From positions 1 to 32,883 of IMG/VR virus record IMGVR_UViG_3300037423_002342: DNA of 32,883 nucleotides. The stretch is one strand, 5' to 3'. This document shows, in pieces, positions 17,547-27,000 of this stretch. Position 1 is the first letter of the stretch, and each line of letters begins with the position of its first letter. The notes under the pieces were generated by a model. The model was given only the letters and a program-made list of their open reading frames with translations. It was not told the origin of the DNA and did no database searches. A program made the translations under genes and the position numbers. Source of the stretch: a virus. Taxonomy: Duplodnaviria > Caudoviricetes.

Positions 17547-17564
17547 GCGATCGGGGCTTCTTTT
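17537..17564 (+). terminator. Rho-independent terminator overlapping primase stop
   Basis: GAAGCCCTGA-GCGA-TCGGGGCTTC followed by TTTT. Confidence 0.75.
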
Positions 17565-17599
17565 CTCGGCTCGACAATCTCCAATAATCGAGAGTGAAA

Positions 17600-18331
17600 A
17601 TGGAGCAAATCAACGAACAGCTCGTCCTGATCTCGGGCGAGTCGGGCTCCGGCAAGTCCGCCAGCCTGCGGAACATCCGGAACCAGGACCGCTGGATGTA
17701 CCTGAACTGCGAGAGCAACAAGCGCCTGCCGTTCCGCAACAAGTTCGATTCCTACCCCGTCACCGACCCCTACCAGGTCTACGAGGGGCTGGACGCGGTG
17801 GGGGCCGAAGGCAGCCGCTGGGACGGGGTGGTGATCGACACCGCCACCTTCCTGATGGACATGTTCGAGAGCGTGTACATCGTCGGCAACGCCAACACCC
17901 AGAAGGCCTGGGGCGACTACGCCCAATTCTGGAAGAACCTGATGCAGGACAAGGTGGCCCGGCTCGGCAAGCCGGTGATCATCCTGGCTCACACCAAGAC
18001 CGAACTCGACGAGGCCGCGATGACCATGCGGACCTCGGTGCCGGTGAAGGGCTCGCTGAAGAACAACGGCATCGAGGCCTACTTCTCCACCGTGGTGTCG
18101 ACCAAGCGGACGACCATCAAGGAGCTGGAGAAGTTCGGCTCCAAGCTGCTGGACATCACCGACGAGGAACGCGAGCTCGGCTTCAAGCACGTCTTCCAGA
18201 CCCGACTGACCAAGGCCACCACCGGCGAGCGGATCCGGTCGCCGATGGGGCTGTTCGACAAGGAGCAGACCTACATCGACAACTGTGCCCAGAAGCTGCT
18301 CGACCACCTGCACGAATTCTACCACGGATAA
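17600..18331 (+). CDS. AAA_24/Sak4-like ATPase, putative ssDNA-annealing protein (N4 gp44-like)
   Basis: Walker A GESGSGKS, VVIDT, IILAH, IRSPMGLF. Immediately upstream of SSB. GTG 17594 is an alternative start. Confidence 0.85.
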   Translation: MEQINEQLVLISGESGSGKSASLRNIRNQDRWMYLNCESNKRLPFRNKFDSYPVTDPYQVYEGLDAVGAEGSRWDGVVIDTATFLMDMFESVYIVGNANTQKAWGDYAQFWKNLMQDKVARLGKPVIILAHTKTELDEAAMTMRTSVPVKGSLKNNGIEAYFSTVVSTKRTTIKELEKFGSKLLDITDEERELGFKHVFQTRLTKATTGERIRSPMGLFDKEQTYIDNCAQKLLDHLHEFYHG

Positions 18332-18386
18332 TCAGATAATCCGTCGTGGATTAACTTCAATATCTGAACCAAGGAAAGAAAACCAC

Positions 18387-19175
18387 ATGGCCCTTTTCGG
18401 CAATCTCACCACCGACGGTCTGGAACAAGCCCAGGACCGTCTCGGCGGCTTCCAGGTGCTGGACTCCGGCGTCTACACCGGCAAGATCAAGGCGATCTAC
18501 GCGGGCAAGGCGGACAGGTCCAACGCCCAGAACGTCACCCTGATCCTCGACATCCCCGGGCAGGCGGAGTACCGCGAGACCTTCTGGATCACCAACAAGA
18601 ACGGCGAGAACTGGTTTGCCGCCAAGGACAAGAGCGGCCAGGCGACCGGCAAGAAGTCGCCGCTGCCAGGCTTCACCGTGGTCAACGACCTGTGCCTGGT
18701 CACCACCGGCAAGCCGCTGGCCCAGCAAGCGCACGAGGAGAAGATCCTCAACATCTGGGACTTCGAGGCCCGCCGCGAACTGCCCAAGTCGGTGCCGGTG
18801 CTGGTCGAGCTCCTGGGTCAGGAGGTCTCGCTCGGCATCATGAAGCAGCTGGAGAACAAGACCGTCCAGCAGGGCAACGAATACGTGCCCACCGCCGAGA
18901 CCCGCGAGGTCAACTACACCGACAAGGTGTTCCACTTCCCCTCGAACGTCACCGTCGCCGAGGCCGAGAAGGCCCAGACCGACGGGGTCGAGCCGAAGGC
19001 GGTGTTCCACGACGCCTGGAAGGAGAAGAACACCGGCACCGTCCGCGACAAGCGCGAGATCAAGGACGGCCAGTCGGCCCAGGGCGGCAAGGCCGGGCGT
19101 CCCGGCGCGGCTCCGCAGGCGGGGGCGCAGAGCGCTCCGGCCAAGACCGCCTCGCTGTTCGGCAACAAAGGCTGA
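18387..19175 (+). CDS. ssb: Single-stranded DNA-binding protein (N4 gp45-like)
   Basis: AAGGA RBS. MALFGNL...DRLGG...DSGVY; low-complexity tail ending KTASLFGNKG; synteny; followed by a terminator. Confidence 0.82.
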   Translation: MALFGNLTTDGLEQAQDRLGGFQVLDSGVYTGKIKAIYAGKADRSNAQNVTLILDIPGQAEYRETFWITNKNGENWFAAKDKSGQATGKKSPLPGFTVVNDLCLVTTGKPLAQQAHEEKILNIWDFEARRELPKSVPVLVELLGQEVSLGIMKQLENKTVQQGNEYVPTAETREVNYTDKVFHFPSNVTVAEAEKAQTDGVEPKAVFHDAWKEKNTGTVRDKREIKDGQSAQGGKAGRPGAAPQAGAQSAPAKTASLFGNKG

Positions 19176-19209
19176 TCGGATTGATCGGCTGACACCCGGA
19201 TTCTAGGAT

Positions 19210-19239
19210 AATCCCCGGTCATTATGACCGGGGATTTTT
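19210..19239 (+). terminator. Rho-independent terminator after SSB
   Basis: Perfect 12-bp stem AATCCCCGGTCA-TTA-TGACCGGGGATT running into a T5 tract at 19235-19239. Confidence 0.8.
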
Positions 19240-19245
19240 CTCATA

Positions 19246-20184
19246 ATGGATCCGGTCACGATCGCGCTGCCCGCCTACCTGAAGCTCAGCGGAAAAACCT
19301 ATTCGCTGAACCTCAACGTCTACCGCAACACCCATTTCCATAAGCTGAACCAGGCCAAGAGCCTGTTCGAGCGGGAAGTCGCTGGGAGAATCGCCCGCCT
19401 GCCGCGGATGGCGAAAGTCGACTTGACCTACAGACTGTTTTTCGGCTCCAACCGGGACGTGGACGTGTCCAACGTCTGCGCCATCGTCGACAAGTTCTTC
19501 AGCGACACCCTGGTCAACACGGACAAGCTGGTCGACGACAACCGCCGCGTCATCGCCAGCGTCCGCTATCTGTGGGGCGGCGTCGACACCCAGAACCCCA
19601 GGGTTGAGGTGACCCTGTCGGACATCGAACTGCAACAAGAAGAAGAGCAACCCATGAAGATCATGCTGACCGCCGCCGAAGTGCAGCAGGCGGTGTTGGA
19701 TTCGGTGATCCGACAGATCACCATCCGCGACGATCAGGAGATCTCGGTCGTGCTGCGGCCGTCCCGCGCCAACGAGAGCGAGATCGTCGCCGACATCACC
19801 ATCGGCCAGGCGGAGGCCCCGACCCTGGAGGACCTGCTGAAGCCGCTCGCCACGGCCAAGGAGGAGGCCCCGGCTCCGACCCGCACCCGCAAGCCGCGGA
19901 CCCCGGCGGCTCCGACCGTTGCGGTGGATTCCCTGGCCGAGATCCCGCCGCCCCCGGCGTTCCAGGCCGAGACTCTGTCGAGCACCGAGACAGGACCCGA
20001 GCCCAAGGTCGCTGAAGGCATCATCAAGGACGCTCCGGTGATGAAGGTCGAGACCCCGAAGATCTTCCAGACCGCCACGCCACCCGCCACGACTCCGGCC
20101 GCGGCCGAACCGGAAGCTCCGGCCGCGGCTCCCAAGTCGCTGTTCGCCAACCTGACCAAGCCGGTCAATCCTCCGGCGGAATGA
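19246..20184 (+). CDS. RusA-like Holliday junction resolvase domain (about 135 aa) in frame with a Pro/Ala-rich protein (possible internal start ATG 19654)
   Basis: LNLNVYRNTH, RDVDVSN, DKFFSDTL, DDN, NPRVEV (RusA-like acidic motifs), then MKIMLTAAEVQQAV...PKSLFANL with no intervening stop. Confidence 0.75.
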   Translation: MDPVTIALPAYLKLSGKTYSLNLNVYRNTHFHKLNQAKSLFEREVAGRIARLPRMAKVDLTYRLFFGSNRDVDVSNVCAIVDKFFSDTLVNTDKLVDDNRRVIASVRYLWGGVDTQNPRVEVTLSDIELQQEEEQPMKIMLTAAEVQQAVLDSVIRQITIRDDQEISVVLRPSRANESEIVADITIGQAEAPTLEDLLKPLATAKEEAPAPTRTRKPRTPAAPTVAVDSLAEIPPPPAFQAETLSSTETGPEPKVAEGIIKDAPVMKVETPKIFQTATPPATTPAAAEPEAPAAAPKSLFANLTKPVNPPAE

Positions 20185-20188
20185 GCCC

Positions 20189-20341
20189 ATGCAGCTGATC
20201 ATCATCCTGGCGCTCGTGGCCGTGATCCTGGCCTTCACGGTCATGATCCCGGTGATGGTCGCCAAGATCATCGGACCCGTGTTCATCTTCCTGGCTCTGC
20301 TCTACGTCGTCCATCGGGCGACCCGCACCAGGAAGGACTGA
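20189..20341 (+). CDS. Small membrane protein (50 aa, 1-2 TM segments, basic C-terminus), not in ORF track
   Basis: Translated by hand: MQLIIILALVAVILAFTVMIPVMVAKIIGPVFIFLALLYVVHRATRTRKD. GC3-biased codons. Confidence 0.7.
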   Translation: MQLIIILALVAVILAFTVMIPVMVAKIIGPVFIFLALLYVVHRATRTRKD

Positions 20342-20355
20342 GCCAAGATCTGAGA

Positions 20356-20860
20356 TACGCTCTGAGTTCCGGTCCTGGATGGCTCCGCTACCGGATTTCA
20401 GTCAGCGTAGACGAGGGGAGCCGCGTCCCCCACCCAACCAGGGCTCCCCTCGTCAACCCTTTCCCTCGCTAGAGGGTACGAGTTGCATAGACGTGACCCA
20501 GAGCAGACCAAGCACAGAAATGGGAAGGCTAGTCTGGGAGGCTTGAGAACCTGACACGCGGGAGAGCGAAGAGATTCGCTCGTTCACCGCCGAAGACGCT
20601 CAACAAACGACGCAGGCAGGAACTGCGGGGATCAGGCCTCCCGGGAGGCGGGCCTGACCCACGGCAGTTGAACTGAAGTCCCTGGGTGCGTCGTCAGCCT
20701 CCCACCCCTATCTATTCGAGGCGTGCCGGTTCGATTCCGGCTCGTTGGCCGAGGCTTGGTAGGACCCGTGGTTCGAGTCCACGTCGGAGAGGTTCGCCTC
20801 TCTAAGGGAGATCCGACCGGTATCGGAAGGCCCGGTGGGCGGGAGAGCGATCTCCCGCCC
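20356..20860 (+). ncRNA. Candidate large structured ncRNA (about 500 nt) with two tRNA-like T-arms
   Basis: ORF-free block with many nested stems (listed in findings). T-arms at 20725-20741 and 20767-20783; UUCG and GNRA loops on the + strand. Confidence 0.65.
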
Positions 20861-20890
20861 GTCGTCATTTAAAACACCAGGACAAGAATC

Positions 20891-21067
20891 ATGACCAGTC
20901 AGATACCGATGTTTGGCCTATGGACCAGCCGTCACTGTGTCTCCATGCGAGTGTTCCGCCTAGGTCTTCAGATCAAGGGACCGGCAAGTCCACCGCTGTT
21001 CAGTGAACGTCACGGTATGCGGCGGACTCTGCTCCGGATCTTCGGCTGGAGACTGATGCTCGTCTAG
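20891..21067 (+). CDS. Hypothetical protein (58 aa, ...PPLFSERHG...RIFGWRL...), not in ORF track
   Basis: Translated by hand. AGGA RBS at 20879; the TAG stop overlaps the vRNAP stop in a CTAG palindrome. Confidence 0.55.
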   Translation: MTSQIPMFGLWTSRHCVSMRVFRLGLQIKGPASPPLFSERHGMRRTLLRIFGWRLMLV

Positions 21068-24000
21068 AACACCAGATTGGGCCACGGGCTCAGGTTGTGG
21101 CTGTTCAGCCCCATCTGCGGCCCGATCGACCAGCCCAGGTTCCCGTCGCCCAGCAGGGTGGCGAAGTTGTCGGTGGTCGGCAGCCCGATGTTGCCGATCA
21201 CCCCCAGATGCGGATGCGCCGCCGTGGCCAGCAGCGCCCGGAACGGCTGGTTGCGCAGCATCGAGGCGGCGGTCTTCATCGAACGCAGCTTGAAGTTATA
21301 GAACCAGAGCAGCCCGACGCTCTCCAGGTACTGGCGCGAACGCCCGGCCAGCCGGTTGTAGTTGACGAACTCCTCGCTGACCTGGACCAGGGCCTCCTCG
21401 GAGCTCAGTCCCTTGCGCTCGGTGAGGTCGTCGTAGAGCACCGCCTTGGCTAGGAAGTCGCCGTACTGGATGGCCTTGGCCAGCCCCTGGAACAGCGCGG
21501 TGTCGCGGGTGATCAGGGCGTAGCGGCCGACGGTCTTGATCCCGGTCGGCAGCTTCTCGACCAGGTGCTCGACGTAGGACACCCACTTGCCGTTGGCCAG
21601 GGTGACGTCCTCGGCGGTGACGCCGCCGTCGGAGATGGCGGAGAACTCTCCGGCCTGGATCAGCGGCCAGATCGCCGAGCGCTTGTAGGAGTCCTGGATG
21701 GCCCGGATGCGGGTCTCCAGCTTGCGCACCGCCACCAGGTCGTTGCGCCCCTGCGCCGCCTTCAGGTCGGCCTGCAGGTCGATCTCCAGCTTGCGGTTGT
21801 TGATGTAGTCGTTGAGCAGGGCGGTCTTGGCCCCCATGCCCTTGACCACGTCGCGGAACGGCACGCCGCGGGCCAGCAGCTGGTACATGTTGGAAATCAT
21901 GTTCCCGGCCGGAACCACGATGCTCTTCACCACGATCATCACCTTGGCGTCGGCCACCGCGTCCTGCACCACCCGCTCGGCGGTGACCAGCTTGCCGTAG
22001 GCTCTATCTCCCAAAATCCCGTAGGCGATTTTCTGGAAATGCTGGCTCACCGCCGGTTTCCAGCGGCCGTTGCCGGTGAACAGGTCGCCGACCGAGGCCG
22101 AACGGTAGCCGACCGCGTCGTTCAGCAGGTCGCGGCGGACGCGGAAGCCCTCGGAGCCGAAGCGCTCCCGGATCAGCTGACGAGTCTGGTGCGGGATCAG
22201 CCCCCAGACCTCGTGCAGCACCGGGTCGTCGGTCTTCCGCAGCCGCGACAGGTCGACGAACTCGTTGACCCGGCCGTCCTTCTTGCCCTGCAGCCACAGC
22301 CCGTGCAGCGTCTCGACCAGCTCGCGGTTGACCTCCTGGGCCAGCTGCTCCTCGACCAGGCGACCGGCCCACGCCCCCATCATCTTGAGCAGGTCGCCGC
22401 TCTTGTTCAGCCGCAGGGTCTGCTGCGGATCGACGCCGCGCTCGAAGGCGCGGACATCCCCGTCGGCGTCGTACACCGGCAGCAGGTTCTCCGTCGTCTG
22501 GCGCTGGTTGTTCAGCTGCCGCAGGATGCGGGCTACCGCCTTGGGGTCGTCGATGCGTCCGGCGGTCAGCTCCCGGGTGGTGTAGCCGGTGTTCGGGTCG
22601 ATCCCCGACGCCGTCCGGTGCACCATCTGCAGCACCCCCTGATTGAACGGGGCCCGCCCGGTCACCGGGGTGAAGTAGTAGGCCCGCTTGCCGACCAGGT
22701 GGTCGGCCGAGGAGCCGAGATACTCCCCGAGCTTGACGTAGCCCATGCCGACCAGCCGTTCGTGCTCGGAGGCCTTGGCCACCACCAGCGACACGCTGGG
22801 CTGCTGTTCCGAAGGAACGTAACCCTTGTAGTGATTATTCCTGGAAATCTCGTCGATTAACTTGGATTTCTCGTCGACCCGCAGTCCGTTCAGGTACGAC
22901 AGGACGTAGGCCAGGCCGTCGGCCTCCTTCCGGTGCAGCTTCTGCAACAGCTCCCTGTGCCCGGCGTCGAGTCCGTCGACCGCATACAGGGTGGTCAGCC
23001 GGTCCAGCTGGGCGACCAGCCCCGGATCGACTTCGGCCCTGGTGTAGCCCTGCTCGCCGAACAGCCGGGCCACCGCCTCGGCGTTGCGCAGCAGCCGGAC
23101 GCCGTGCTCGCCGGTGTTGAGGTAATGGGCCAGCTGCTTGGCCTTCTCCCGCAGCTTGGCGAACCGGGCCGGATCCAGCGCCTGGATCGACGCCTCCAGG
23201 GTCCGGATCTCCTGGCTCCGTCGCGAGTCGTCGACCAGCAGCGCCAGCGCGCCCTGGACCCCGTGCGCGGCATACAGCGCCGCCAGATCGGTTCGGGCCA
23301 GACCGTGGAACAGGGCGGTCTTCTCGGCGTCGGACAGCGCCCGGGAGAACTTGTCCGCCAGGGTCTTGGGCAGGTGGTCGCGGAACTGCTGGCGGGTCTG
23401 CTGCACGAACGAGCGCACCCGGCTGATCATGTCGAACAGCGGCGCGTTCTCGCGGGTGCGGCCGACCACGTCGGCGGCCACTTCCCTGAGCCACTGCAGG
23501 CCCTGGCCCTGGTTCAACGCCTTGGTCAGCCCCAGGGCGGCCTCCTCCGCCCGGCTCTCGCTGACCAGCTGCGACACCAGCCGCAGGAACCGCGCCCCGC
23601 CCTGCAACAGCTTCGGACTGGCCGGATCGGCCAGCACCTTGTCGGCCGCCTGGTAGCCCTTCTCACTCAGCGCCTGCAGGTTGTTGCGCAGATAGCGGTC
23701 GACGCCGTCGATCCCGTTCTCGGCCGCCGTCTCGGCGAAGGTCCGCTGGTCGCCGACGTTGGCCAGCAGCGACCGGGTCAGCGAATCCATCGCCGCCTGC
23801 ACCTCGACGCCTTTCTCGCCGGACAGGATGCGGGACAGCGCGTCCATGCGGGCGACGCCCCAGTTGCTCAGGTAGGCGTCCAGCGTCTTGTCCCGCGACT
23901 TCAGGCTCTTCGGGGTCTCCAGCCCGGCCAGCGTCTGGCGGAAGCCGTCGTGAACCAGGGCCAGAGCCAGGAAGCTGGACAGCAGCGAGGACCGCCCCTG

Positions 24001-27000
24001 CGCGTCGGTGGCCCCGCCGTAGACGCCGTTGAGCACCTTGTAGCGCTCTTGACCCAGATAGACCTGGTCCGGAGCGTGGCTGTCCGGATCGTCCTGCAGC
24101 GCGCTGGGCTCCAGGAGCTGCACCACATGGTCGTACACCGTCTGCAGCCGCGACAGCGCGTTGGCGTTCAGCTTCACGTCCAGCATCATCGCCGCCTGCA
24201 CCGCGGTGAAGGTGGAGAACTGCTGCATGTCCATGGCGAAGCCGTGGGCCACGAACAGGTCGGCCAGCTTCCCGGCGTCGTACAGCGCGTTGTCGAACCC
24301 CGCCTCGCGATAGAGTTTCTCGGCCGGGACGGCGTCGATGTAGTTGACCACCTTGGCCAGGAAGGCCTCGCGCAGCTCGATCAGCCGCTGATTATTTCCG
24401 AAAACCGGAGAGTGATTCAGAGTTAATGCGCCCGCCTCGGCGCGCAGATTGTCCACCGGGCTCGGCGTGGCCATCAGCACCCGGGTGTTGAAGCGCAGCG
24501 CGTTGAGCAAGGTGTCGTCGGCGTTGACCTTGGCGGCGTTCTTGCCGCCCCAGATCAGGTTCTTCAGCGCCTGCAGCGCCTTGCCGAACGACCGGAACCA
24601 GGGGGTCTGGACTTTCGTCCTGGCCGCGGCCTTCGCCAGATTGGTGTTGGCCAGTACCCAGGCCATGAACTCGTTCAGGGCGGCCGCGTCGTTGCCCAGG
24701 CGCTGCTGGTAGACCACTTCCCCGTAGGCCTGTCGCCGGGCGTCGCGGGTGACGGCGTCCTCGTTGGCGAAGTCCTGCGCCAGCCAGCCGTTCATCAGGC
24801 CTTGCAGATGCTCGATCGCCTGCCGATCCTCCGGAGCCAGCGAACCAGGAGCCTCGTAGAACGCCTTCACCTTGGAGAAGGTGGCGGCGTGGATCAGCTC
24901 GTGGACCACCGTCTCGTGCGCCAGGTTGGAGGCGAGGATCAGCTTGGCCACCGGGTCGATCTTGCCGTAGCCGTCGTTGGAGTCCGGCACGAAGCGATCG
25001 GCGTTGTGGGCCTGCTCCCAAGCGTCCAGCTGATCGGGGCTGCCGAACACCAGCCGATAGCCGGAGTCCTTCAGCAGCGCCAGGGAGGCCGTCAGCATCT
25101 CCCGATGCACGGGAGAGAAGTCCTTGCCGACCGTGTCGAGCATCAGGTCCAACGCCTCGGGGCGCAGCACCCTAGCCCCGCTGTCGCCGTCCGGCAGCGC
25201 CAGCTCGTCCACCGCGGCGGCGAACTTCGGGTTGTCGGTCTCCACCGCGGTTTTCTCAGATTTGTCTTCTGATTTCCCAGGATTATCTAGCGCGGCCAGC
25301 CGACGGTCGGCGGCCTGTTCGGCCAGGATCTGCTCCAGCCGCCGGTTCATCCGCTCGGCCTGCTCCGCCGACGACAGCCCGACCAAAGCCGCCATCTCGC
25401 CCTGGCCCGGGGTCACGTACGGGCTCTCGGCGCTGGCCATCTGGTCGATCGACAGCGGCATCTCGCTGAACAGCTGACGACGGGCGTCGGTCTCGTCGGC
25501 CACCCGCGACAGGGCGGCCAGCGATTCCTGCAGCATCTCCCGCACCCGCTCCGGCGAGACCCGGTCCGTCGGTTTCCGCACGCCCTCGTCGGCCTGCGAC
25601 ATTTCGTAGATGAAGGTGTCCAGCTGGATGTTGAAGGCATTGTGCGGATCCAGCAGCGAAGCCGTAGGGTCTGAATCCACGAACGCCTGGAAGCTCTCCA
25701 GCACCGCCCGCACCGGATTGGTGTTCTTGGTCCACGCCTCGAACTGCGCCTGGTTGGCCAGGCGCGAATACTCGTCGATCATGTCGGCGGCCATGTTGAA
25801 GCCGTCGAACACCTTGCCCGCCCGATCGGGGGCATCCTTCATGGTCGCCAGGTTCAGCATGGTCTGGCCGTCGCCGGAGCCGATCACCAGGGTCGGCGTC
25901 ACCTTCACTCCGGCCACCGTCGGGCCGTAGACGAAGGCCGGAGTGGCCAGGTCGTCGCTCAGCGAGCGGGAGAAGCTCTCCGGCATGGAGACCTTGATCT
26001 TCTTGCCGTCGACCGTGAGTTCCACCGTCTCGAACAGGTCGGACTTCTCCGCGCCGGACAGCAGATAGCTCTGCGTGCCGGTGTCGATGAACGGCGAGTA
26101 ACGCAGCAACGACCGGCGAATCTCGTCGAGCTCGGCCTGACTGAGGAAATCGCCTTTCTGGAAATCAGGATATTTGTCCGGATTAAGTTGTTTCTCCGCC
26201 AGCTTCTGGATCACCGCATTGCGGAACAGCGCCTTGAACACGATCGACTGGATCTGGGTCGCCCTCTGCAGCGTCTCCACCGTCTCGCGGACGTGGCCCA
26301 TGGCCGTGGCCTCGATCGCCTGCCGCATCGGGGTGACCAGGAAGTGCAGCACGTTGGCCTGCAGTGTCTTGCGCTGCTCGGGGCTGAACTTGAAGCCGTG
26401 CGGATCGGCCTGCAGGTCATGCTGGCCGGGATCGACCCTGGCTAGCTTCATCTTGCCGTTATCGCGGTCCCGGTAGGGCTTCAGCGACAGCAGCGACTTC
26501 AGGTCCTGGGTGAACGAGCCGTGCTCGTCGGAGCCGGTGTAGGTCAGATCGTCCAGCGACTTGCCCGAGCCGGTGTGCTCGGAAAGCTTCTCGTAGATCA
26601 GGTCGATCATCTCTCCGGCGACGTTGCCCGCGATGCCCATGGCTCCGGAGCCGTAGATCGAGATGGTCAGCGGGTTCTTCGACGCGCCGCGCTCGATCTT
26701 CAGGGTGTCGCCCTCGATCTTCACGTCCATGCCCAGGGCGCTGATCACCCGGAACAGGGTCTGCAGCTGCGCATGGGCCAGCTTGTTGGTCCGCGCCAGT
26801 TCATGGCCCAGCTCGGCTACCTCGACCTGAGTCCTGGCCGAGCTGGTGCCGTAAAGGTCGGGCTCGCCGCTCATGCTGTTCAGGGTGCGACCCAATTCGC
26901 CGAAGAACACGCCGCCTTTCTTCACCAGGTCGAGGAACTCCGGGGTGATCTGGCCCGGAGCCAGCAGCATCAGGGCGTTGATCGGGCCGTTGGTCTTGCC

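Noticed and set aside
18327-18341. Fur box or DnaA box explanation of the GATAATC clusters
   Set aside because: No 19-bp GATAATGATAATCATTATC-type phasing and no exact TTATCCACA was seen; only the hexamer core is shared.
20476-20750. tmRNA or intron-containing tRNA reading of the large structured block (ACAAACGACGCA resembles an ND tag start; GGAC precedes a T-arm)
   Set aside because: There is no GGGG 5' acceptor strand, no 7-bp acceptor stem with G3-U70 and no CCA. The putative tag (TNDAGRNCGDQASREAGLTHGS) lacks an Ala-Ala end and is buried in stems. No group I P7 GACU/AGUC pair was found.
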